DNA of 45,587 bases, from contig JNEM01009543.1 of the NCBI GenBank assembly GCA_000697335.1, positions 1-45,587 on the forward strand, given 5' to 3'. Origin of the DNA: Conidiobolus incongruus B7586. Taxonomy: Eukaryota. Below, piece by piece: positions 12,356-22,569 of this stretch. How positions within the stretch are numbered: position 1 is the first letter of the stretch; every line of letters begins with the position of its first letter. The notes beneath the pieces were generated by a model. It did no database searches. It had not been told where the DNA came from and saw only the letters and a program-made list of their open reading frames with translations. Both the position numbers and the translations under genes were made by a program.

Positions 12356-13999
12356 ATGAAAAATCAAAATTCAATTGAAGAAATTCAAGAACTATCAGCT
12401 TTAGAAGTAGCTAACAAAATCCGCTCGAGGAATTGGACTGCTAAAAAAGTGATGGAAACAGTGATTCAGATGACGGAACGGGCTAACGCATTTACCAACA
12501 GTGTAATTCTTCTGAAGGAACAGGAGGCGTTAGAAGCCGCTGAACGTTTGGATATCGATATTCAAGCTGGGATTTCATTTCCTGAATCCGAGTATCCTTT
12601 TCTGGGAGTTCCGCTATCAGTGAAAGATTCCTTCCATGTTAAAAATTGGCCAACTTGGGGCGGTTATCAGAGGTTAGGAGAGGTTGATCAACAAGAAGAT
12701 GCTACAATTGTTGCATTGTTGAGACAGTTGGGATGTATTCCCTATTGTAAAACTAATGTACCTCAATTTGGATTGACTACTGAGACCTCTAATCCAGTGT
12801 TTGGTGTCACTAAGAACCCTTATAATCCTGAGTTTACTTGTGGTGGAAGTAGTGGCGGTGAGGGTGCTCTAATCGGTGCGAGAGGCTCCATTTTGGGAAT
12901 CGGTAGTGATTCAGGAAGTAGCTTGAGAATTCCTGCGAGTTACTGCGGGATCTATTCGTTCAAACCAACTGCTGGACGATTTCCAATGGCTGGTCACTTT
13001 CGATTCTCTTCGGGCCAAGATTCGATTTTGACTTCTCCAGGGCCTATGGGTAGAAGTGTGGATGACCTTGCAGCTGTATTCCGTCATGTTATTCAGTTAA
13101 AACCTTGGGAAATTGATAGTGACAGCACTAAAACACCATATGAACCATTTCAATTTACTAAAGAGAAACGTTATAAGATTGGATATATTGTCAGCAATGG
13201 TGTATTCCCTTCGACTCCAGTATGTGAACGAGCGGTGTTAGAAGTGGTTGAATTATTGAAGAAAGAGGGACATGAAGTATTTGAATTCAAGATACCTGGA
13301 GCAGCTGAAGCGTACAAATTAGCTGGAGCTATCTTAGTATCGGATGGCTTAGATAATGCAAAGCGATTTATGACTTGGTCTGAATCGTATACTTCCTTAA
13401 TCTCACCATTAGTTAGAGTCCTTCAAATTCCAAACTTTGTCAAGAAATGTTTGCAGTATGCACTGGCAAATTTCTTGGGACAGAAGACATATAGCGATTT
13501 ATTGACCTTTTCAATCCTGCCAACTGTTGCCAAGTTATGGAATTATCAAGAGCAAAAGAATCAATTGGCGAAAGAAACTTTGGATGCTTGGATCAAAACT
13601 GGGGAGAAAGATGGCCATCAAATGGATGTATTAATATGTCCTGTTTCTGTATCACCACCCCAAAAACACGATACCTTCATTGCTATCAGTCCGTCGCTGT
13701 GGCCCTGTATGATCTTTAATTTATACAATTATCCAAGTGGTGTTATTCCTGTGACTAAAGTTGATGCTGATTTGGATCGAATGGATAATGTCAATCAATG
13801 GCTGAAAGAGAAATTACCTAAGGATTATAATAGAGGTTATTGGGCGCAAAAATTATGTTATTCATTTTATAATAGTAAAGAAATGGCAGGTTTACCTATT
13901 GGTGTTCAAATCGTGGGTAAGAAATCGAGTGATGAAAAGGTTTTAGAGTTTATGAAGTATATAGATAGTTTGGTTAAATTTGATCACAAATATAAATAG
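12356..13999 (+). CDS. Amidase-signature enzyme (FAAH/acetamidase-like), 547 aa, intronless paralog
   Basis: GVPLSVKD, GGSSGGEG, GSDSGSSLRIPASYCG and GLPIGVQIV. Same length as 7047-8690 and collinear with it. Confidence 0.95.
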   Translation: MKNQNSIEEIQELSALEVANKIRSRNWTAKKVMETVIQMTERANAFTNSVILLKEQEALEAAERLDIDIQAGISFPESEYPFLGVPLSVKDSFHVKNWPTWGGYQRLGEVDQQEDATIVALLRQLGCIPYCKTNVPQFGLTTETSNPVFGVTKNPYNPEFTCGGSSGGEGALIGARGSILGIGSDSGSSLRIPASYCGIYSFKPTAGRFPMAGHFRFSSGQDSILTSPGPMGRSVDDLAAVFRHVIQLKPWEIDSDSTKTPYEPFQFTKEKRYKIGYIVSNGVFPSTPVCERAVLEVVELLKKEGHEVFEFKIPGAAEAYKLAGAILVSDGLDNAKRFMTWSESYTSLISPLVRVLQIPNFVKKCLQYALANFLGQKTYSDLLTFSILPTVAKLWNYQEQKNQLAKETLDAWIKTGEKDGHQMDVLICPVSVSPPQKHDTFIAISPSLWPCMIFNLYNYPSGVIPVTKVDADLDRMDNVNQWLKEKLPKDYNRGYWAQKLCYSFYNSKEMAGLPIGVQIVGKKSSDEKVLEFMKYIDSLVKFDHKYK

Positions 14000-14492
14000 T
14001 TATCAAGTATCTTAAAATATTTTCCAAATTCTTATCTTTCAAATCATTACAAGAGTAAATATTTTATAATCGATTTAATTTTAGTTATATCAATTAAATT
14101 TTATACAATATTATTAGAATTAATTTATATGAAATAGCTGTATTAATAAATTAAAATTATATATCAATTATAAAATTAATTCTGTAAGAAATTCTAAATT
14201 GGATATAAATATTTTTCAAATTATTGAATAGCTGGTCAATTGTTTATACAGGTGAAGATAAAAGTCACAAAAATCAGATTTAAATAAATTGGAAATATAT
14301 TTTTAAAACAAACAAATGGAATTGAAATCAAGGTGCATTGATTGAAATCCATATTTAAAACTGATACAATTACATGATACAGACTTTTATGACTTAATAA
14401 TTAAAATTCAGTATTTATAAACATTACCTATCTTTTATAATATAATTTTATTTATTTATTTTATTATCCTAGTATCAAAAAACATACTTAAA

Positions 14493-15341
14493 TTATTTAA
14501 TCTTTCCAATTTCTTGAGATTGAGTTTGTTTTAATTTCTTTCTTTCTGACCTCAATAATTTTTTGCTATTCTTGGGCTTGTGAGCAATTTTCACCATTTT
14601 GACTCTCAATTGCATCAGTTCGGGCTTGACGGTGTCTTGGAATTGGATTTGAGAGTCCAGTTTGAGATAATTTGATAAGGCGACTTTGGGTAGGGTTTGG
14701 ATGGTATTTTGTAAAGGATCGAAGATTTGTGAAGTGTTCTAAATTGATGAAAATATAAATATGTGGTATTTTTTGATAATTATGGGTATTACCTTTATAC
14801 CAATCACTGAACAACATCTCATCCCCAAAATATTAGCCAATTCACTCTGCGAGCCTTTTGGTAATGTTACAATGGGTAAAGAAGTATCAAATTGCTGTAA
14901 TAATTTTGGCAAATGATCGATAAATATACCACAGTTGATATCTTCTTTGCACACCAATATTAAATTAATTGTTGGCTGTATATTTGTTTTTATAGCTTTT
15001 TGCAATAGTCGAGTAACTGAGTTATTCCTAATTATTACGAATTCTAAAGCCTTAGAACGAATTTTGTCTTTTGGTGAGTCGCTTATATTCGACTTTAATA
15101 TTCTATTTTAAATTTAAATTAATATTAGTATAAAAATTGGTAATTAATTATAATTGCTTAGTATCTACTCAAAAAATTGTTTAAATATAGTTTGTTGAAT
15201 ATCTGTATCAATGGTTGGCCTGTACAATAAATAAATTAAAAACATTCACATTCAATTTATTAACTTTTACCATAATGGTTTTAATGGATTATACAAATTT
15301 GGTTTTGATTCTATTTTATTTAATTCGTTTTTAGGTGCCAT
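14493..15341 (-). CDS. POP3: RNase P/MRP subunit POP3/Rpp38-like (L7Ae fold), 4 exons
   Basis: Spliced model MAPKNE..PLW|PTID..|..NSVTRLLQ..ILVCKEDI..HLP..VTLPKGSQSELANILGMRCCSVIGIK|.. with phase-consistent GT-AG introns. Confidence 0.75.
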
Positions 15342-15919
15342 TGTTTTTTAATATTGATATTTTTTTTCTCGGGAATATATTATTTAATCAATTTTCAAAA
15401 TAATTTTTATTTATGGGATTATCTTATCTAATTTTTAATTGATAATAGGAATTTTGAAAGAAAATTTAATAACCAACAAGCTTTTGAAGGATTATCTTAT
15501 CAAACAAAGGATTAATCTTAATAAAATTTTTGTAAATAATGAATAATTAAATAATTATATATATTCATATATTTTTAAGTGAATTGTAAAATTTTTTGAA
15601 ATATTATTTGTCTAAATCTCTAACTACTCATGATTTAATAATGATTAAAGTGAACTATTAAAACTAGTATTTTTTTTACTTAAAAATTGGTTACATGTTT
15701 TTCAATTCTATATACAATCTTAATAATTTTAATAAATATGATTTGGTCAAATTATTTTCAAAAAATAATCCCATAAAATAAAATTGACTCAATCGCCAAA
15801 ATATTAATTCTGATTCATTTCTAAGTCATTCATTGTATAAAATTATTTAAAGAAATTTAATTAACTATTATATATTATTTTCGTATCATATATAAATTAT
15901 TCAGAGTTAATAAAATATA

Positions 15920-17253
15920 ATGAGTGCAATTTTACAACGTGAAAAACCTCAATCGAGCTCGGAAGCGAATCAAAGCGTTATGAGTGTGAACACCTCGACC
16001 ATTTCCAACCAACATCAGCAGCAGGAGGATGAATCCATGTTGGCTACACAATTGCCAGATTTGGACGATTTGGTCGAAGACGCTCAAGTTAAGGAGAATA
16101 ATAGAAAATTGAGAAAGAGGTATAGGAAATTGTTGACAGAATTAGAAGGTATTTGGAAATATTAAATATATGGCAATAATGATATTTATTGGTGAGTTTA
16201 GAATCACAGAATGATATTGAAAATAATACTACGGAACATTTAATTGATCATTTGACTAAGGCTAATGAACTTTATTCTCAAGGTTTTATCATATATCAAT
16301 TACCGATATTATACATCCACATAGTAACACACTTCTAGTAAACAGTACATTTGAAGCCACACTTGACTCCCGTCTCCTAGTAATGGCAGCCGATATGGGA
16401 GTGAAAAGAGCCAGGAAAATGCGAGGAAAGACGAAAGATTTCAGTTTAGAATTGTTCAAATCGTGTCTGTTCCACAAGTTGGGTTTAGACAATGAGGATG
16501 GCGATGAAGAGTATGCTCAGCAGGATCTGATTAATAGATGGTCCGAATTGGATGAAATTGCTTCGAAGCACTTACAGCCGGTTCCAGGGATTAAGTTTTT
16601 GTAAGTGATTGTTAAATGGATTTGGAATTATTGGTATTAATTATGTGGTTACTTTAGATTGGGCCCTTTAAGTATTCAACATAAAGCTAGAACTATTAAA
16701 GGTACTAGAAATACGCTAAATACATCGGGTCAGCCTACAGCTGTACCCAAAGTAGTAAGTACCCTTCCAGCATATTATCATATATATCTCAAATCCAATA
16801 TTTAGATCGACAGTAACGACACAGAAACTGAAAACGACACGACAGCCAACGTAATAATAGTAGCGAACACTCTAGCCAAGTGCAGTCCCATCAATCTCTT
16901 CAAATTCGTAATCAACCCTTTAAGCTATGGACAAACCATCGAGAATATTTTCTTCCTAAGTTTTTTAATAAGGGATGGTAGAGCTAAAATAGAGATTGAT
17001 CAAGATAATCATCCCATTTTATGTAAACGACCATTATTATCATTTATTTAAAATACTAACTATTTTTACAGCGAGTAGTCAACCTCCAACCCATGAAGAC
17101 TATCGCAAAGGATTGATTAAGAGGCAGTGGATTTTTGAAATGGACCAAATGACTTGGAAGGGTATGGTTAAATTATTTAATTTGAAAAGGCCTGTAATTC
17201 CACATAGGTCTTACGAAATCGAGAGAGATGAATCGAATGCTTCGTGGCAGTAA
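15920..17253 (+). CDS. NSE4: Smc5/6 kleisin NSE4 (Nse4/EID family), multi-exon
   Basis: RKLRKRYRKL, EATLDSRLL, FLLGPL, FKFVINPLSYGQTIENIFFLSFLIRDGR and QWIFEMD..W..L..PVIPHR. Confidence 0.9.
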
Positions 17254-17820
17254 TAGCTTTGGATTAGTGTAAAATATTATGATTTCATTATTTGTGTGGT
17301 CATATGTTAGAACTTTATGATTTGAGATGATTTCTATTGTTAAGAATGTAAAACTCTGTAATATGCAATTTATATAGCTTTTTAAAGTATTTTAAATATT
17401 TCATTATTTTGAATATAACTGTTTGTAATAAATATTCAAATCAATACATTAACTTATAATTCAATTTTCATATCATTTGTATTTGATAATATCAATGATT
17501 CATTTTCATTTGATTAATTGTAAGTTATAGTTATTTTTTATTTAAGAAAACCAATCCAAATATTTGAATTATATGATCGAAATTGATTAATTTTCTATTT
17601 GAAAATTTATAAATATGATCATCGTAATAGTATATTATTCAATAAACAAAATGTTTGGAAACTAATTATATTTCAAAAGTTATATATCAAATTTAAATGA
17701 ATTCATTATTTTAGTGACTGCGAATCCAAAACCCAAATATTGAATTTCAATTAAATTTCACTATAAATTCAATAAATTCATTTTAACTTCATCCACTCAA
17801 TCTTAACTATAAAATATAAA

Positions 17821-19284
17821 ATGGAAAATAACAATACCACAAAACTAGATGACATAATTCATCAAATTAAAAAATTATCAACTCAAGATAAAACTCAATT
17901 GTAAAAAGCATTTAGATATCATTCTATTCATAACTAATCACAATTTTCTAGTTTTGATACTCTTATTCAACAAGCTAGTGCTTTAGACTGTTATTTGTTA
18001 CAAAAGAGTTTAAATGACCAAAATAGAGGTAAATTCAACTTAATAAAGTATTTACCAAAGGACCTAAGTCTATTGGTTTTTAAGTATTTGGAAGGTGATG
18101 ATATTTTAAATTGTTTTATTGTAAAATTATATTATTATCAATATGATGAATTGTTAATTAGTTCGTTATAGTCATGCAAATCTTGGCACTTATTACTAAA
18201 AGATGAAAGCTTTTGGTATAAAAAATATTTTCAAAACTTGTTAATTGGAGAATTGGACCCTTTGGACCAAAGGAAAGATATTTCTTACTTTAAAAAGTAT
18301 ACACTGCTGTTGCATCGTAAGAGGAATTGGTCGCTGGGCCTGCCGAGTCGTACGTCATCGGCTATCTTTCCGTATAATATCGATAAGACTATGCTTTTGG
18401 GCCCTAAGGAACTACTCGTGGTGGGTGATAATAGGGAGGTGAGATTGATTCATATTCTGAAAAGATGGTCTATCACAAGCTGGAAATTGCCTCAGATTTG
18501 TATTTTGTTGGATTTGGATTGGGATAATGGTCTGTTACTTGCGTGTCCATATGGTAGAGAGTGTTATGTTATAAATATTCATAATGGGAGTTTGGTAAAT
18601 AGGTTAATTGGCCATACTTCGCTGGTTACACATGGTGCTTTCTCATCAAAGTATATTATTACACAGTCTGGCGATCATACAATCGAACTTTGGTGTAAAA
18701 GAAATTATCAGTTGGTTCACACTATTCCAATTTATGAGTATCCCATCCTAGCATTAAAGATCATTTCAGATACTAATTTACTATTAATAGTGAATGTATT
18801 TGGGTTTATTCAACTCTACGATTTAGCCACTTTACAAATCATTCAAACATTCCATCCCCTAAATTGGACTAGGGACACAATTGACTCTACGGATAACAAT
18901 CAATTCAAACACTTTTCAATCTACCACCATACGATTGTACTTACCCAAAGCACCATGATATTCAATATCCATTACAACTCAAACACAAACAATCTCCAAT
19001 TAATCAAACTCAAACTACATAGCTCCATCATTCGATCCATATCATTGAATGCCATGGGCCTCGTCATCGGCAATTTTACGTACAATTCCATCACATCGTC
19101 AATGGTACACTTCTGGGACTTAGAATCTCCTACAAACAGTATCATTCCTATAGAGTGCAAACCCAGTTTCAATTTTGTAGCGCTCTGCAGCAACAATAAC
19201 ACTGTGGTACTGAGTGGTAAGACCAATACCGATACTTTATTTTGGTTGGATTTTTTACCCATTCAAAACCAGCTAACTTTATGA
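17821..19284 (+). CDS. F-box/WD40-repeat protein, 3 exons
   Basis: Exons 2-3 give the F-box LIKYLPKDLSLLVFKYL..DILNC..SCKSW..L..DESFW. WD repeat LIGHTSLVT..SGDHTIELW. Confidence 0.8.
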
Positions 19285-19772
19285 AGGGTTATTTATTTGG
19301 AATTATATAATCCAACATATATTATTCTTAATGAGTTTTTCAAACAAAATTCCAAGTTACGTATGCTATTCCATTAAATATATTTATCAGCTGTCGATAA
19401 TTTGACCAAATCCATTGCTGATCTTTAACTGTAAGAATGATTGTCAGTTGGAGAGGAAAAAAGTTTTTTATAAAGGAATTGTCTTATCCTCAACTTCAAT
19501 GGTAAACAGCTAATTTAATAGAATTTAATATTATATATGATAAAAAAATATAAAAACTATCAATTAATAATCTGCCAAAACCAATATGAAAAATAAAATT
19601 TTTGAAAGCTAGTAGAATTTATGTTATTAATTTATTTTAATTCGATTGAAATTTTGTCATTTTAGAAACATCTTTATAAACTTCATTTTGAGTGACATAG
19701 ATAATGGGACCATATTACATTAAGTTATCAATAATAATATGTTTTTTATTGATTTAAATATTTAAACTTTTT

Positions 19773-20765
19773 CTATTTTTGAATTTTCAAAGAGAAATCA
19801 ACGGGAGTGACACCATAATTTAATCCACTCATACTGATAATATCGATATTGGGGCCAAAATAAGAGGTAATATTGTCAATATTAATACCTCCAGAAGCTT
19901 CCAACAAGAAGTTGTACCTGCCCTTATATTGCTCCTTCAAAGATTTGGCGACTTGGTGCAATTCGGGCGGTGAAATATTGTCCAACATGATGATATCAGC
20001 ACCACTTTCAATAGCTTCTTTGGCTTCTTGTTCGGAACCGACTTCGACGTCGATCTTCATACTGAAGCCACCAACGCTCTTGGCGGCTTGGACGGCTTCT
20101 GTGATACTACCGCGACTCCAAATGTGGTTGTCTTTGAGCATGATCATGCTACTGAGATCCATACGATGCATGTCACAGCCTCCAACTAACATACCATACT
20201 TTTCAACGAGACGGAAACCGGGCGTAGTCTTTCTACTACCAGCAATCACACCTTGAAATCCTTCCTTTTCCTTAAGAGCGGTAAATTTGCGGCATCTAAC
20301 CAAAAAATCAACACAAATTTTAAAATCTAAATAAAATAAACTTACTGAGTTGCGATAGAACTGCATCTGCCAAAAATATTGAGAGCTAATCTCTCGCCAA
20401 TTAAAATATCTTTACATTGACCAGTAACTTTAGCGACGGGTACCTTCTTAGCACCAAACTGTTCAGGATCAATAACAGTACCCTCTTCATAGTGCCATTC
20501 AACTTTGCAGTTAGTCAAGCGGAAGACTTCGTTGAAGAATGGAATACCAGCTAATACTGACTATTTCCCAACCCATTGTTAATTTTGATACAATTATTTA
20601 TGTTGATATTTTACTTACATAACTCTTACAATATAAAACAGCGACTTCTTGTTTGACACCGACTACAAAACCACCATAGTCTAAAGAAGGGATATCTTCC
20701 TGTAGCCAATTCGCGATAGTTTGATGCCATTGAGGTGGTAATAAATGTTCGTATTGTTTACTCAT
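19773..20765 (-). CDS. BNA6: Nicotinate-nucleotide pyrophosphorylase (quinolinate phosphoribosyltransferase), 3 exons
   Basis: [57 protein letters not shown] and EASGGI. Confidence 0.97.
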
Positions 20766-21992
20766 ATTTATAATAATTATTATTATTTTGTTTTTTTTAT
20801 ATTATTCCCAAAGTTGAAATCATCCATATATAATCAATGTGGTTATTTATTTTAATTATGGGATTGATATTTGAGGTCTTAAGAACAGTCCATTATAAAA
20901 TTATTTGGGAAATTTTTTAAATGATATCTGCTATTAAAAATCAACCTTGCCAAATAAAAAGTATGAGTCTTTACATGTTGAATTACGAAAAAATTGGAAA
21001 ATATAGAGGTATTAACTATATATTCTTAATACTTCGATTAGACTTGAATTATTACTAATAAAGTTTAGTAAACTTAGAATTTAGTTCGATGAAATTAGAG
21101 TATACCATATCAATAAATAATATTATTGTTATATAACTACAACACACAATATTAAAAATAAGTTGGGACTGAATTTTGAGAGAATAATAGATTAATCAGG
21201 ATATTAAAAAGATAGGGATACTGAGTCAGATGATATTTTCTCGAAGTTTAGTAATCACAATTCAACATTGAACTTATATTGCTAATTTCAAATGATATAA
21301 TTTTATAGATAATGTGGCAATTATTTGAAGTGCAATTAATTAAATATAATGAAATAATATATGTAAGAGAATTTTTATTAATTAAACTAAATATTTCTAA
21401 TTTCATTTGGATTGAATCTAATATTGAGGTATATTTATGATCTAAATAAACTACCAGAGGTTTTTAAATATATAGTGATAATTTTTACAAACTCTAGCTG
21501 ATAAATATTTGGCTTCATGTTGTGTAATTTAAATATGGCAAAATTAGAATCTTTTAGTAGTTGATATGTTAATACTCATCATATGGTATTTTAAAATAGA
21601 ATATATTCATGGTATAATGATATTTGGTTGCTCATGTTGGAAAAAAATTCTAGTAAATTAATCAGAGAGATATTAATAAATATTCTCATATTCTTTTTAA
21701 ATCATATATAACATTAAATTTAACAATCGTATGTTAAAAATATTTTAAATTTACTGCTTCTCAACTATCAAGCTTAAATAAAATTTATTTTTCAATTATG
21801 AACCCATTTAAATTCTTTAACCATTCCCGAAACTTCCAATGATTCTGAGCACGCCTATCAATATTTAATTAAGGCCGAGATAAACTATCACTTGCAACAC
21901 AGATTTTTGGTTATTGTTTTACAATAATGTTTAATTTCAAAAAGTACAGCAGCAAATACACTATTACCGTCTTCAGTCAAATATGAGCAAAT

Positions 21993-22560
21993 ATGATTAT
22001 TCCTGCTTCTAAAATTCAATATTTTACAATCTCATCAACAAGTCTTAAACATTAGAATAGAACAGAAAAGATTAAAACCATATGAACTTTAGGTAAATTC
22101 AAGTTTCACCCAGTTTCCAATATTTGACAACTTCTCAATCAACCTAAAAAGCCACGCCCGACCTAGAAACTTACGATACAAGAGTCTCTTTGAAACGTCA
22201 AAATTAACACCTTAAAAAAGCTTCCCGAATATGAAATCGTGTGATATATTAGATTGAAATTTAGCCTCAAATCAAATAGTTTTTATATTTATTAAAAAAT
22301 TTTATAAACGGATTATTCTCTAAAATTATTATTATTTTGAAAAACATTGTTGTTAACAATTTAAATTCCATAGGTTCATCTTTAAAAAACTATCACATAA
22401 CTAATAGTTTTGTTAAATCCACAAAAAGCATGATTTAACAAGGGAACTTAAAGATTACTTTTTAAAATATCTAATTATTTTATAACTAAGATTAATTAAA
22501 TATATTATACAAAAATGAAGAAAATAAAATACAACATAAAAAAAGACATTAAAAAATTTC
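21993..22560 (+). pseudogene. tnpA: IS607-type TnpA (MerR-like HTH plus serine recombinase) relic
   Basis: MIIPASKIQYFTISSTSLKH*NRTEKIKTI*TLG (HTH; LRRW..GKI..RTPG), TRVSLKRQ at 22178-22201 (YARVSS..Q, catalytic Ser), PEYEIV*YIRLKFSLKSNSF (DIGSGLNFKRKGF), LL..INGLFSKIII, FIFKK..LIVL and ELKD..NYFITKIN. Confidence 0.8.
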
Positions 22561-22569
22561 AAAAAACTG

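Noticed and set aside
15020..15040. Possible frameshift in POP3 (IIRNNSVTR versus expected GINxVTR)
   Set aside because: Exon phases are consistent and the frame stays open, so no frameshift is required.
22140..22205. Reading ARPRNLRYKSLFE as a MULE C-terminal motif
   Set aside because: The alternative frame (TRVSLKRQ) fits the IS607 TnpA catalytic motif, in correct order with the flanking TnpA motifs.
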